Assembly (NCBI RefSeq): GCF_018977255.1
Contig: NW_024704743.1
Span: 28,584,001-28,648,000, forward strand
Direction: 5' to 3'
Length of the DNA: 64,000 nucleotides
Origin: Callorhinchus milii
Taxonomy: Eukaryota
In this document: positions 12,394 through 25,485 of the stretch, piece by piece
How positions within the stretch are numbered: the stretch's first letter is position 1
Layout of the letters: every line of letters starts with the position of its first letter
Notes under the pieces: model-generated
Database searches by the model: none
What the model was told of the DNA's origin: nothing
What the model saw: only the letters and a program-made list of their open reading frames with translations
Program-made: the position numbers and the translations under genes

Positions 12394-12790
12394 CAACAAC
12401 AACAACAACAACTTGGATTTATATATACAACGCCCTCCACACCGGACGGCGTCTCAGAGCGCTTCACAGTGACGGATCCCGGGGCTGAGGCAGGGGGAGG
12501 GGGAGGAAGGTGACCAAAGGCACGGTCAAAAAGAAAGGTCTTTAGCCGAGACCTGAAAGTAGGAAGAGAGGGGGCGAGGCGAAGGGACTGAGAAAGGGAG
12601 TTCCAGAGACTCGGGACATAGTGGCTGAAGGCACGGCCACCAATCGTGGAGCGGAGGATTGAGGGGACAAGGATTTGGCCAGACAAGGTGGAGCGAAAGC
12701 AACGGGCACTGTTGTGAAGAGAGAGGAGGTCAGAGAGTTATGGGGGTGCAGAGGAGTGGGATTTGAAGACAAGGGTGAGGATCTTGAAGT
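12394..12790 (-). mobile_element. L2 LINE 3' fragment (different subfamily)
   Basis: IGGRAFSH..LWNSL..LKTFLF and (TGT)n tail. Confidence 0.85.
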
Positions 12791-13383
12791 AAAAACAATT
12801 CACATTGTTTGATGAAACAGTGTTGCTTACCTTAACACTGTTGAATGCAATGATTAATATAATCTGTTCACGTTTACTTTAAGAACACAAATCAAAAGAT
12901 CATTTGGCTGAATGGAACCTAAAGAGATTTTCTAGTCATCTCAACTAGTCAGAGCCATTATTCAATGGTCATAATTAATGTGAACTTTAACAATATTCAA
13001 TAATCATCGCAAGGAGGTTATGATCGGAGGTAAAGTTGTCGGTCTGTCTGTACTATTAATAATGCAGTTATATTGGAGCTTGATCTGGGGTGGGAGTTGA
13101 GGGGGGTGGGATGGAGAAAGATGAAAAATGAAATGAAAAATGAAAGGTAAAGTTTGAAAACTCCGTAGTGCTTGGCCATTTCCTGTACCATTTCCTAGAG
13201 CCACACCACCACCAAAAGGCTGATGAAATGTACATAAATTTTTAATCGACTACATCCCTGAGTTCACAACATTAGAATTTTGAAGTTCTCAAATTGTTCT
13301 CAAAAGATGTTCTTCCTTTGGAATAAGTACATGTGGCAGGTGCTAATCCTGGAACATTCAATGGAAACTTATAGAAATCCCAC

Positions 13384-13545
13384 CTACAACATAATTTCTT
13401 GTGACCACTGCATTGAGATTCCTGGAATATAAGTCAGATACCCGAACAGTGCATCCCCACAAGACCAGTTCTTAAATTCCAACATCCTTTAAGGCTCCAT
13501 TGAAAGATTGTGGTTCTTGGAAGGTGACAATGATGGGGATTTATC
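13384..13545 (-). pseudogene. NQO2: NQO2-like second coding exon with premature stop
   Basis: Translates IIVTFQEPQSFNGALKDVGI*ELVLWGCTVRVSDLYSRNLNAVVTRNYVV(G)|gtggga. In-frame TAA at 13474-13472. The 5' end is degraded with no AG at the expected acceptor, so the start coordinate is approximate. Confidence 0.88.
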
Positions 13546-13813
13546 AACACAATCAAACCTGGCTTTAACAACCTCTCGGAGTACTGGGCCAAAAAGGTTT
13601 TTATATATGAGTGGCCTCTGAGTAAGTTGGTGTGCAAAATGGGCTGTTCCTGGGTTGTTAACAGGTGATGGCTGATGATGGCTGTGATTCATTTAATAGG
13701 TTAAACTGTATTTATAATCCTTGGATTTGATATAGCTCTTTAACATGCCTAAACGTGAATTCCTTGTGGAATTACAGCCCTGAGTTCAATAGGAATACAG
13801 CCCTGGATACAGC

Positions 13814-14064
13814 CTGGGTTCGATTCCAGGCAGGGTGAAACCTTGGGCAAGTTTCCTTACTCCACACGCCTAATAATAATCCCTCCAAAACAAAACAATA
13901 ATAAATTGGTCATTTTCAATCCACGACTGTTTGTGGGACACTGCTGTGCACAATTGGCTGCCGCGTTTTGCCCACAAATATATGGTCAATTCACTTTACA
14001 CTATATTCTCTGAAGCACTTTGAGATGTCTAGAAGATCCGAAAAGCGCTATATCAAATGCAAGG

Positions 14065-14150
<86 letters not shown>
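13814..14150 (+). mobile_element. 5'-truncated SINE
   Basis: From the B box to the expanded TAT tail. Confidence 0.88.
14066..14150 (+). repeat. (TAT)n microsatellite, expanded SINE tail
   Basis: About 28 perfect units directly after the SINE end aaatgcaagga. Confidence 0.95.
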
Positions 14151-14151
<1 letters not shown>

Positions 14152-14414
14152 CGTGCAGCCAGACATCTCTTTACACTAAAATGGTCAACTTCCAAGTCAT
14201 ACTTTTCATCATGTCAAATGCAAAGATTATTATTAGTTATTTTTATTATCTAATTATTATTTGATCACCGTGACCACATCCTGCTTTACTGCGCAAGGCC
14301 ATTTTAGATTCCTTCACTGAACAAGCACAAAAGAGCTGTTTTGTACTATCACATGTGTTTCGATTTTATGGATCCCAAACACCAAGTTACAACGGGACCA
14401 CACTATATAGAAAT

Positions 14415-14474
14415 AATGCACAATAAGAATGATTATCAAATTGCAGTAAATGCACAATAAGAATGATTAACAAA
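14415..14474 (+). repeat. Short tandem duplication (aatgcacaataagaatgatta x2, period 34)
   Basis: Directly visible. Confidence 0.8.
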
Positions 14475-14807
14475 CATGCAATAATTATTTGTATTTTTGT
14501 AACATGCAACAATTATTCGTATTATTCAACAACAAATAATTTAAAGTCCAGGAACGTGTCAGGAATCAAACTGCTGGGAGTTTATCAAGCTGCAAGACCT
14601 TTGTATTAGGATAGCAGTTCACAACACTGACCTAAAACAGATACAGCCAAGCTAGCTTCAAACATGTTCCATACACAAAACATGTTCTAGTTTCAGGGTC
14701 AGTTCACTCTCTAGTGAACAAATACATTTTGTTAATTGTGGGAAGTTGCACAACATTCAGCATTGATTCAGCATCCCGATATAACAATGTCTAATTTTGA
14801 TTCTTAC

Positions 14808-14862
14808 CTGCCATTCAAAACTTGTATTCCAGTAAGCTCTTCACCCAACCTATGTGTAATTT
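14808..14862 (-). pseudogene. NQO2: NQO2-like ATG-bearing exon (5'UTR + ATG GCA G)
   Basis: Minus strand reads ctgtttgtctccaaag|...TTTTGA ATG GCA G|gtaaga. ATG is at 14814-14812, giving 7 coding nt and a phase-1 donor, as in NQO2 (M-A-G). Confidence 0.65.
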
Positions 14863-15473
14863 CTTTGGAGACAAACAGGGGCATTGGTTAGATCTAAATC
14901 TGAGTCAAAGTAATTCCTAATATTTCCTACATGAGGCAAATCCAAATTCAATGTCAGCTGTGTTGTTGAGAGATTAAATGAAAATCAAACAGGAAGGAAA
15001 CCATGATGCCCAATGTATCTAGGAACTATGCTTGCACACTTCGTAGCCTTCTCTAGAACAGCAAAGGTCAGACCAGGTCAAACAAGATCACTGCTTGACA
15101 CAGGAATGAAGTGTAGAGACCCCCCAAATAAAAGTAAGGCAAAATTTGTTGTAAAAAGTCCAAATCTGAAATAGGCAGACAGGACCTCGATTAAAACTGC
15201 ATCCAAAAACAACAGTTCCAGTGAAACAGTACATTCCCAGTACTGTGCTGCAGTCTAGGGTAAATGTGAGAAATTTAAGATCATAGGAATGCAACGCATA
15301 AGGAACTGAGTTAAGGGAACTGAGTCTAGCTAAATTAAGATCTCACAAAGGCTCTTCCTGAATAAAGCAATAAATGAAAGTCACCCAACAATTGCCTCAA
15401 AAGCTGAAGATGCCAGAACACTATAGCTGCATTATGTTCCCTGAGCTAAGTTTTAAATACAGATTTATTTGAC

Positions 15474-15750
15474 ATAATAATCCTTGTATTTGATGGAGTA
15501 CCTTATCACGTCGTTGAGACGTCTCAAAGAGTTTCCCAGAATATACCGTAAAATGCAGCAACCATTCATGCACCAACAATGTCCCACAAACACCTGTGGA
15601 TTGAATGATTGAATTATTTTTTTTTAAGTTTTTTTTTAAGTGGTCTGGCAATCGATTAACAACCGAGCTCCTACTTACTGCTAGGTGAACAGAGGAGTGT
15701 GGAGTAAGGAGCTTGCCTAAGGTTTTGCCCCGCCTGGGAATCGAGCCCAA
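15474..15750 (-). mobile_element. Diverged SINE
   Basis: Same family with deletions. Confidence 0.8.
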
Positions 15751-15751
15751 G

Positions 15752-16855
15752 TCCTACTTGAACCATAGCCACCATTTCACCTCCTCTAAATGGTTTCTCC
15801 TCCCACCCCAACCAAGGTCATCTGTATCGCAAAGCTCTATTCTCAGCCCCCTTTTTCTCATTTACATGCTCCCTCTTGGAGATAACATCCGCAGATATTA
15901 AGTCAACTTCCACATGTATGAGGATGACACCCAAATCTGTTTTCCTCCTTTAGTCATGATCCCAGTCCTACCAATGTTCTGACTGCCTGCTTGTCTGACA
16001 TCAAGGCCTGGATAAGCGCCAACTTTCTACAGCTGGACATGGACAAGACGGAAACCATCCTCGGCTACCATAAACATCTTCTCACTGCGTTTCTGAACTC
16101 CTTAACTTTCCCTGTCCTATATGCAACCTTGGTGTCAGGTTTGATCCCTAGTTATCCTTCTTACCCCATATCTGGTGCTTGACTAGGACTGCCTTCCTCC
16201 ATCTCCGCCACATCGCCTGCCTTCGCCCCTATCTTATTTCAATGCTGCTGAAATTTTCATTCATGGTTTTGTCACCTCCTGCCTTGATTTTTTCAATGCA
16301 TTCCTCACCAGTCTGCCAGCTCCATTATTAATTAACAAGGTTCAAGTGATTCAAAACTCTGCTGCCCATATCTTCATAAGTACCAGGCTCCACATCCCCA
16401 TCTCCCTGGTTCTTGCCAAGCTCCACTGTCTCCCTGATGCAGAATGGATCAATTTCAAGATCCTCAATCTCATTTTCAAATCTCTCCATTCAAATCTCAA
16501 TTGTTTTTTTCAAATCTCTTCATCCCGGGCCCCTCCCTACCTCTCCGGTCTGCTCACACCCACTTCACTATTCGCCACCTTCGCTCAGCTGGCTCGGGTC
16601 TTGTGCACATCCCTTGTCCCCTCTGCTCCACAACTGGCGTCCATGTCTTCAGCCCCTAATGCCCAGAAACTCGATCTCAATCCCTCCATTTTATCTTCTC
16701 TGGCCTGCCTTCAAATTGAATCTGAAGACTTTCCTCATCTGTCTTCAGTTACCTTCCCTCACTTTCTAGTTCGGTGACGAAACCACACCGCTGTTAAACA
16801 CTCTGTGACACTACCGGTGTGAAGGGCGCTAGATAAATGCAAGTTGTTGTTGTTG
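15752..16855 (+). mobile_element. Older L2 LINE 3' part
   Basis: Decayed FHMYEDDTQ, IKAWISANFLQL, IQNSAA and tail. Confidence 0.85.
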
Positions 16856-17225
16856 ACATGGTTTGCAAAACGTTGCACAGTTTATACACTCAAGAGGCGG
16901 TTTGTATTTGGAAGGGAATGAGGGGAGGTAAAACCTAAAAACTGGTCACACTTCAAACTAAAATGATAAAAAACAGTTTGTAAAACAGTCGGAAAATCTA
17001 CACCAGATGTGCCTGGCCTTTTGACTCGTCCATACTTTGAAGAGAGATTTTGCTGTCTTTTTGGTTCTTGCCCACTTAAGCAGGTTTTTGTTGTGACTGC
17101 TTAAAAAAATGCTCTAAAGACCTTTTTTTACACACTTTTTTTCAAAAGCACTGTCCTAAATCATACAGTCTGCTACCTGTAGGAGGCAACGTATAATATT
17201 GGGCTACTTTGGGTTGTGTAGGAGT

Positions 17226-17478
17226 GGAGTCCTGTAGGGTATTGGTTAGCGCTCTCACCTCCTAAGTGAGAGGACTGGGTTCAATTCCTGGGCAGGGAGA
17301 AATGTTAAGCAATCCACAACTGTTTGTGGGACACTGCTGTGCGCAATTGACTGCTGTGTTTTGCCCACAAAATACAGTCAATTCACTTTACAGTATATTC
17401 TGTGAAGCCCTTTGGAATGTCTCAAAGTTTTGATAAGACGCTATATCAAATGCAAGGATTATTGATATTATTAATAAT
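17226..17478 (+). mobile_element. SINE with internal deletion
   Basis: Head joined directly to aatccacaactgtttgtggg. Confidence 0.85.
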
Positions 17479-18633
17479 AAGATTGTGGTATGTCGTACGC
17501 TACAGTTCTGTAGGCAACTTTAGCTGTGAGTGATTCTCCTGGAGGGGGCAGTGTTGTTCCAGTTTGTACCCCAAAAGAATCATTATGAATTATAGTTCTC
17601 AAGTTCAAAATATTTCTATCTCTCATGGAGGGCAGTTGTAAATAAAGTGTTTGGTTAAAAATTATCACAAATTTTTAAGAGTGCAATTTAAAAAAAAAAA
17701 AATTTCTCCTAATAACATTTTGTGTAGTTCAGTTGTACATTAGATAGCCTAGCAACGCGAGTGACAACCATATCAAGGACAGATGGCCCACAAATGGTAG
17801 TTGCTGGAAATCTAGAAAGGCCTGTAATAAATTGTATTGTACTATCAGTGGGAAAGTCACACATGGTATTTATATTCTAAGGAACAGTGGAGCCAGTTCA
17901 AATAAAAGATATTTCTTTATATTAATCAGTAGCTTTTGCCCTTCCTAACACAGTGAGTCCAAAACTGATTATATCATCCCAGCTGCTGTCCATGGATTGT
18001 TTCCGCATCAGATATTGTGTTGCTAGAAAGAAGCAAGAAAAGTCTTTGGATGCACTTCCACCACCTTCTAGGAGATCCCAGACTGTTTCTCGGCTACTGT
18101 CATCAGAGGAAGAGGCTGGACTTTATGCAGGTTTAATCTTTTCTTCCAAGATGGGATGTTAAAATCCTTCAACAGATACAAGTAGAATATGAACTTCTTC
18201 AAGTTTCCTTCTTATATAAATATAACTTTGTTGTTGTTGTTGTTGTTGTTTAAACACTCTTCAGATGCTTCTATCATTCAATGTTTTCTACACAAAATGG
18301 TCCTGTGCAGGATCCGCTCAATCTTTAGGCTATTTAATTATACACGGGACAACCCCAATGTAACTCATCTCGTTGTAACCTGGGTTCGCTTATAACTGAG
18401 CTGTGGACTCCAACATTTCCAACAACTCCAACAAAAATCCAAATCCCATCATTGAGCTACATTTCCCGATGGACCAGTGTAACATGAGAGCAGTTGACAT
18501 TGATTGGTGACCTCACCATAATTGGTAATCTCACCACCTAGAAGCTCTGACCAGAAGCTCTTGAGTATGTCTTGTTATAAGACAGGTGGATGCACTGCTA
18601 GAAGGCAGGTGGCATTTTATGGATACCAACTTA

Positions 18634-20853
18634 TAACAACAACAACAACAAAATTACATTTATAGAGCGCCTTTCACGTCGGGAGGACATACCAAAGCAC
18701 TGAACAGTCAGGTGTCAGGGTCCGAGTATGGGGGAGGGGTGGTGTAGGGGTGAGGGAAGGCAGAAAGGTGGAGGGAGACTAAAGGCACGATCAAAGAGAA
18801 GGGTGTTGAGACCGGCCTTGAAGGAGGCAAGGGAGGAATCGAGATGAAGGGTCCGTGGGATGGAATTCCAGAGTGTGGGGGCAGAGAGGCTGAAAGCCCG
18901 GCCATGGATGGTCTTGAAAATGATGATGAGGATCTTGAACTCGATCCTCTGGGGGATGGGGAGCCAATGGAGTCGGGCGAGGGTGGGAGTGATGGGGTCA
19001 CGGAGCCTGGTGCACGAGAATACACAAGCTACAGAGTTTTAGATTATCTGCAGCTTGTGAAGGGAAGAGTTGGGAAGGCCGATGAAAAGGGAGTTTCCGT
19101 AATTGAGCCTTGATGTGACGAATGTGTGGGTAAGTGTTTCGGCAGCCTGAGGGGTGAGGCAGTGGCGGAGTCTGGCAATGTTGCGGAGGTGGTGGTAGGC
19201 AGTGCCGGTCATGGCGCGGATGTGGGGAAGAAAAGACAGTTCAGGGTCAAACAAGACACCCAGGTTCCTGCCTGGTTTAGTGAGGTTGAGTGTGCAGCCG
19301 TGGAGGCTGATGTTGCCAGCGCCTGAGGTGCGGTGGCGCTGCTGGGAGCCAATCAGGAGGGCCTCGGTCTTGCTGACGTTGAGTTAGAGAAAGTTGTAAC
19401 ATGGTGGCAGCATGGAAACCTGATTGGAAGGGTTCATGGACGGAGTGGGAGGAGAGGAAAGAGCGAAGCTGGGAGGCAAAGGCTCTCTCAAGGACTTGGA
19501 TAGGAAAGGGAGGTTTGAGATGGGCCGGTAGCTGGATAGCTGTGATGGGTCAAGTGAAGGTTTCTTCAAGGTGGGGGTGATAGTGGCTGTTTTGAGGGGG
19601 GAAGGAACAGTGCCAGATGATAGGGCGAGGTTGATGATGTCGGTGAGTAGTGGGGCAAGGAGGTGGAGCTGGGACTTAAGGAGAGGGGTGGCGATGGGGT
19701 CCAGGAAGCAGGTGGTGGGCTTCATGGAGGATACTGTGGTGAATACAGAGAAGGGATTGACAGGTTCAAAGGTGTGGAAGGAGGGATGGGTAATTGTCAG
19801 AGTGTGGGGTGGGGGTAGGGAGGGGTTGGAAGTTGGGAGGGCAGTGGCAGTTGAGCGGATTCCCTCGATTTTAGACTCGAGGAACTCCAGTATTTTCTCG
19901 CAGTGAGAGCCAGAGGAAAGTATCTGCAAGGAGTGGCGGGGAGGGCGGAGGAGCCAGTTGGTGGTGGAGAACAGGAGCCTGGGATTGCCCTTCGCCTCCA
20001 GGATTAACCTGGAATAGAAGGATGATTTGGCCGAGGTGAGAGCGGAGCAGTAGTTCTTGATGAGGTCCAGCCAGATGTGGCGGTGGACTGTTTAGCCGGA
20101 TTTGAGCCAAGTGCGTTCGCAGCCCGCACCTTGCCCTTAAGCTAGCGGAGGTGGCTGGTGAACCAGGGTGAGGATCAGGAATAGGAAGCAGTTCGGGAGG
20201 TGAGGCGGGCAAGGACATCGAGTGTGATGGAGAGGGTGCTGTGGAGACGAGTAAGCGCAACAAGTGGGTTGGTGCGAGAGGTAGGCCAGAGGACTCCAGG
20301 GCAGTGGAGAGGGACTGCGAGGAGATCTTCTTCCATGGGTAGTAGAAAATGGTGGTAGGTTTGGAGGCAGTGGGGAGAGGGATATGGGAGTTGAGGGAGA
20401 TGAAATAGTAGTCAGAGATGACCTTGTCATTTACGGTGACATCCAAGACGCTGAGGCCCCGGGTGATCACCAGATCGAGCGGGTGAGGGTAGCAGAGTGG
20501 ATGTGGAGGGAGAGGTTGAGAGAGGAGAGGAGAGAGGAGAAGTCTGGGAAGGTGGAGCAGAAGGGGTGAAGTGGAGGTTCAAGTTGCCTAGGATGATGAG
20601 GCAGTCGGAACAGAGGGAGAGGGAGGCTAGGAAGGTGGAGATGTCAGAGATGAAGGTGGGGGAGGATTTGGGGGAGCAGTAAACCAGGAGGATTTTTAGA
20701 GAGAGGTGGGAGGGATGGCAGAGGGTAAGGTGTTCGAAAGAGGGGAATGAGCCAGTGGAGTAGAGGGTTAGGGCAAGTGATGCTCTGGATATGAGAGCCA
20801 CACCACCGCCATGGCAGTTGGGGCGTGGGGCATGGTGGTAGGTGTAGCAGGGC
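18634..20853 (-). mobile_element. L2 LINE remnant with APE endonuclease region and deleted RT core
   Basis: GGGVALI..ILLVY..IILGNLNLH (endonuclease) and LKKPSLDP..YRPISNLPFLSK, then a jump at ~19400 to the post-YADD region and 3' tail. Confidence 0.9.
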
Positions 20854-21217
20854 CATCTGTATAACTGAACAGAATAGAACAGAGCAGTACTTATCTAGCT
20901 AGAATCGTGCTACCTGTTAAGACTTTTGTTTTCAAGATCGAAGACATGTCTATGCCTCCAAGTTTGACTTTGATTACTGTTGATCAATCTAGCTTTGTTG
21001 GATGTGGCTCCTCAAAATCAATTCAGCTCAAGAAGACCCACGCATATCCATCCATACTCCCTCTCTCCAACCCCCAATAGTAGATGGATATGTTTAGATG
21101 TAACGTTTGTATTATCAACCTTGGAACGGTGAAGGACAGAGTAGACCTACCAGAATTCAAACTCAGAACTTCCTGGTCTCAATTAACCATTAGTAGGAGC
21201 ATTAGTAGGACCATTGT

Positions 21218-21540
21218 GGAGTCCTGTAGCTCAGTGGTTAGAGCACTCGCTTTGCAAGTGAGAGACCTGAGTTCAATTCCAGGCAGGGCGAAACCTTGGG
21301 CAAGCTTCCTTACTCCACATGCCTAATAATAATCCTTCCAAAACCAAAAACAATAATAAATTGGTCATTTTCAACCTACGACTGTTTGTGGGACATTGCT
21401 GTGTGCAATTGACTGCCACGTTCGCCCACAAATATACAGTCAATTCACTTTACAGTGTGTTCTGTGAAGCACTTTGGGACGTCCTCTCGACATGAAAAGC
21501 GCTATATCAAATGCAAGGATTATTATTATTATATTATTAT
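21218..21540 (+). mobile_element. tRNA-derived SINE, full length
   Basis: Same consensus as 355-676. Confidence 0.92.
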
Positions 21541-21834
21541 AGTAGTTCCCGTCAGTTTGTTAGTTTTAGACTCATCCCTGTACTTGCTAAATATTTATAA
21601 ATTGTAAAAAAAAACTTGATATCCGCACAATGAATATTGTGAAAATAACAAAACTGCCAAAATCATGTAATGCACCAATGCACTGGAAATCAAAATATTT
21701 CCGTTCATTGTTTTGTTCAATGAGTTTGTGTGTTAGAATAATATCCTTGGAAAGAATACTGTACTGTACTCAGTGATTTTCTTAAACATCTTTTGGTGGA
21801 AGCAGGTGAGTTTCACTGACTCTTTCAGGTCCAT

Positions 21835-21873
21835 GAGTTCTGATGAAGGCTCGTGGACTCGAAACGTTGACTC
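21835..21873 (+). ncRNA. Minimal type-I hammerhead ribozyme motif (core intact, stem II mismatched)
   Basis: GAGTT-CTGATGA-A-GGCTC GTG GACTC-GAAAC-GTT-GACTC; stem I GAGUU/GACUC; palindromic AACGTT. Confidence 0.7.
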
Positions 21874-21970
21874 GCTTTCCTTTCTCCATTGATGCTGCCT
21901 GACCTGCTGAGTGTTCCCAGCGACTGTTTTTTGTTTTCAGATTTCCAGCACTGAGGTATTTTGTGTTTTG
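21835..21970 (+). mobile_element. Penelope-like pLTR 3' fragment
   Basis: gatgctgcctgacctgctgag...cagatttccagca...tattttgtgtttt matches the termini of the other copies. Confidence 0.8.
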
Positions 21971-22958
21971 AGTTATATTGACTGTTCAGCACTTCTCTGG
22001 GATAGTGATGGAGCATTTTGCATACATGGTCAAAATGGACCTATGGGCTATAATTTGCACCACTTCCTGCACTGTCACTTCTCACCAATTGTTTTTCAGT
22101 TAGGTGATAGTACACTGACACAGTACAGGAGGCACAGTAAGGTTTTAAAAACAGACAGAGGGGATTGGATAGAATTGTGTACTTATGGCACCTTGGGATC
22201 ACAGGATGATAGTCTCTCATGAGATATTCGCAAGTTTAAGGGCCTTTGCAAAATGAGAATAGTTCTGATTATTGTTTAGAGTCACTAAGTACAACGCAGA
22301 GTCACCATTTGCTAATCTGCTCTGAGAATCTTCCTTTTTAGTCTGATTATCTGTAAACATTTGTAGATTCTATCAGAATCAAACAAGCGTAAATACCCAC
22401 TGAACTATTAGTCAGGCTTAATTCAGAATTTCTAACAGTGCAGCACAGGGTGTAAAGCACAATTTATAATCATAAACATCGAGGCACAAATGCTATATTA
22501 ATGACTCGGCTTATCACCTTTCAAACCAATTTGTCATAGCTGCTGAGAAATAAGCCTTTTACTTACACATTGGGCTGAAAAATTGTTTTCCCGTCTCTGC
22601 CCACAGCAAAACCATACAAAGTTCATTTCAAAGAATAGGTGTTGTGGTTTACTGTAAATAATCTGCATATTTACTGCCAGAATGGCATATCTCATCTCCA
22701 ACCAAGAAACTATGATGGACTGTACTTGGAAACCAGTCCTCAGAAACTGAGTAAAGATTCCTAGTGTTGTTACTTTTAAGTATTACAGTTGAATTACAGT
22801 GTATCTGATCAATGAGCTTCCTTACGGTGAACCAGATACTGCTGATAATTTTAATAACGACCGACAATTATTTGCAGCTCATGTAGATCTAACTGTAGAA
22901 GCTTGTTCCCTTTGGAATAATAATAGTGATCCTTGCATTTGGTATCCAGTGCCATTCA

Positions 22959-23279
22959 ATAATAATAATAATAATAATCCTTGCATTTGATATAGCGCTT
23001 TTCACGTCGGGAGGACGTCCCAAAGCTCTTCACAGAATATACTATAAAGTGAATTGACTGTATATTTGTGGGCGAACGCGGCAGCCAATTGCGCACAGCA
23101 ATGTCCCACAAACAGTCGTAGATTGAAAATGACTAATTTATTATTGTTTTGGGTTTTGGAGGGATTATTATTAGGCGTGTGGAGTAAGGAAACTTGCCCA
23201 AGGTTTCGCCCTGCCTGGAATTGAACTCAGGTCTCTCGCTTACAAAGCGAGTGCTCTAACCACTGAGCTACAGGACTCC
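22959..23279 (-). mobile_element. tRNA-derived SINE, full length
   Basis: Reverse complement of the 355-676 consensus. Confidence 0.92.
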
Positions 23280-23707
23280 ACAAGTCTCAAAGAACTTCAC
23301 AGGATTTTACTGGAAAGTGCAGTGACTATATTTTTATAAGTGAGTGGGGTGGGGGATGGGGGGCAGTTAGTAAGTTTCATTAATCATGTAAACATGCGAA
23401 AAATCAAAAAACTCAATTCTTATGCACAAAATAACAGGTGTACTGCATGCGGTATTTGAGAATGAATATAACACTTGCAGATAATATTGAGCAAAAAAGC
23501 CTTCCTTTTTTGTGCATTCTGTCACATTTAGTACTATATTTGTTGTTCATGTGTTGGTGCTAATGTTTATATTTATCTTTTGTAAGGAGTCTATTATTCA
23601 ACAATTTCTAACAGGTTTCCTCAATAAAGAAAAATGGAGACTCCTTTCAGTAACCAGAAGTATGTTATACATGTGAAATTTATAGATTATAGCAGTGTTG
23701 AATGTGT

Positions 23708-24038
23708 ATAATAATAATAATAATAATAATAACAATAATACTTGCATTTGATATAGCGCTTTTCACGTCTTCTAGACGTCCAAAAGCGTTTCACATAATA
23801 TACTGTAAAGTGAATTGACTGTATATTTGTGGGTGAAACGTGGCAGCCAATTGCGCACAACAGTGTCCCACAAACAGTCATGGATTGAAGTGACCAATTT
23901 ATTATTGTTTTTTTCTTGAAGGATTATTATCAGGCTAGTGGAGTAAGGAAACTTGCCCAAGGTTTCGCCATTTCGGGAATTGAACCCAGGTCTCTCGCTT
24001 GGGAGGCAAGTTCTCTAGCCACTGAACTACAGGACTCC
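23708..24038 (-). mobile_element. tRNA-derived SINE, full length
   Basis: Same family. Confidence 0.9.
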
Positions 24039-24074
24039 TGCACAGGAGTATAAATAGTTATGGAAATATCAATC

Positions 24075-24410
24075 AACAACAACAATAAGTTGACATTTGT
24101 ACAGCGCCTTTCACGTCGGGAGGACGTCCCAAGGCGCTGGACAGTGTACAGCATTGCAGACCCGAGCTGGGCTCAGGGGGTAGAGGGGAGGGGAAAGGGG
24201 AGACCGATGGCATGGTCGAAGAGGAGGGTTTTGCGGCGGGACTTGAAGGAGGCTAAGGAGAGGGCGAGGTGGAGTGATTGGGGGATGGAATTCCAGAAGT
24301 TGGGGGCAGAGTGGCTGAAGGCTCTCCTGCCAATGGTGGGGCGGGTGGGTTGGGGGACATGGAGCAGGCCGGAGCCGGCTGAGCGGAGGGAGCGGGCGGG
24401 TTGGTAGGGT
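24075..24410 (-). mobile_element. L2 LINE 3' end
   Basis: Shared tail hairpin and (TGT)n. Confidence 0.88.
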
Positions 24411-24756
24411 TTATATAGTTGGTAATCAACTATAAATGGGATTTTATTCCAAAATGCATAATCATTTACATAGAACCACTAGTGCTACTATAATGGTTCT
24501 GCTTTATTAACATGCATATCACATCTACATGTGAAATTATTCTCTGAAGATAGTTTCTGAGCAAAATTCCAGCACATCAATACGACATGCTGCCTAAGAT
24601 AGCTTATTAAAAAATGATGGCAATCTGTAAGTTCATTTATTATTAATAATAATAATCCTTATATTTGGTATAGTCCCTTTCATATAAGGAGCATCTCAGG
24701 CCTCAAAACACTTCACAGGATAGATTGACTACATATTTGCAGGCGAACGCAGCAGT

Positions 24757-25180
24757 CGAATTCAAGATCCTCATCCTCTCATACAGGGCCATTCACGGCC
24801 TTGCTCCCTCCTACCTCTCCGACCTACTATCCCCCTACCTACCTGCCCGTACCCTCCGTTCCTCTGGCTCCGGTCTGCTCCACATCCCCCGCCTCAACCG
24901 CCCTACCATCGGTGGCCGGGCCTTCAGCCTCTCAGCCCCGAGGCTCTGGAACTTTATCCCCCAGTGCCTTCGCCGCCTCCTCCCTTTCCTCCTTCAAGGC
25001 CGGTCTCAAGACCTTTCTCTTTGACCGTGCCTTCAGCTCCCCTCTCGACTCTCTACCCCCTCCTTGCTCCCTCCTGACCATTTCCCCCCTTGCTCGGGTC
25101 CTGACCCAACTGTACAGCGCCTTGGGACGTCCTCCCGACGTGAAAGGCGCTCTATAAATGGAATCTTGTTGTTGTTGTTG
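24757..25180 (+). mobile_element. L2 LINE 3' end, young (near-identical to 2223-2620)
   Basis: FKILILSYRAIHGLAPSYLSDLLSPY.. and identical 3'UTR. Confidence 0.92.
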
Positions 25181-25485
25181 TCAATTTGTGCACAGCAATG
25201 TACCACAAACAGCCATGAAGTGAATGAACAATTTTATTTGGGGGTTTCTTGGTCAATACACCGGGAGAAGTTTCCTTTTAGTTTCAAATTGTGTCACAGG
25301 ATTAGGTGGACATATGATACCTCTGTTAACGTCTCACCTGAAGGATGGCAACTCCAACAATGTAGTACACCCCCAGCATTAAATTGGAGTGTTAGGCTGG
25401 ACTAGACTATCTGATTTGAATTTCCTGACATAGGGCTTGAACGTACAAGCTTCCCACTCGAAGATGAGAGTACAACCAACTGAGC

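Larger units (their letters stand above)
4446..14862 (-). pseudogene. NQO2: Unprocessed (intron-containing) NQO2-like pseudogene (NRH/NAD(P)H:quinone oxidoreductase family); last coding exon not found
   Basis: Five collinear minus-strand exons whose translations and sizes (7 coding nt, ~165, 131, 114, 102 nt) match the NQO1/NQO2 gene structure. MAG start, QEPQSFNGALK, GCTVRVSDLY and FNYGVE are closer to NQO2 than NQO1. Multiple disabling lesions are listed under the exon entries. Confidence 0.88.

Noticed and set aside
13968..14264. Poly-Tyr/poly-Ile ORFs
   Set aside because: Translations of a (TAT)n SINE tail.
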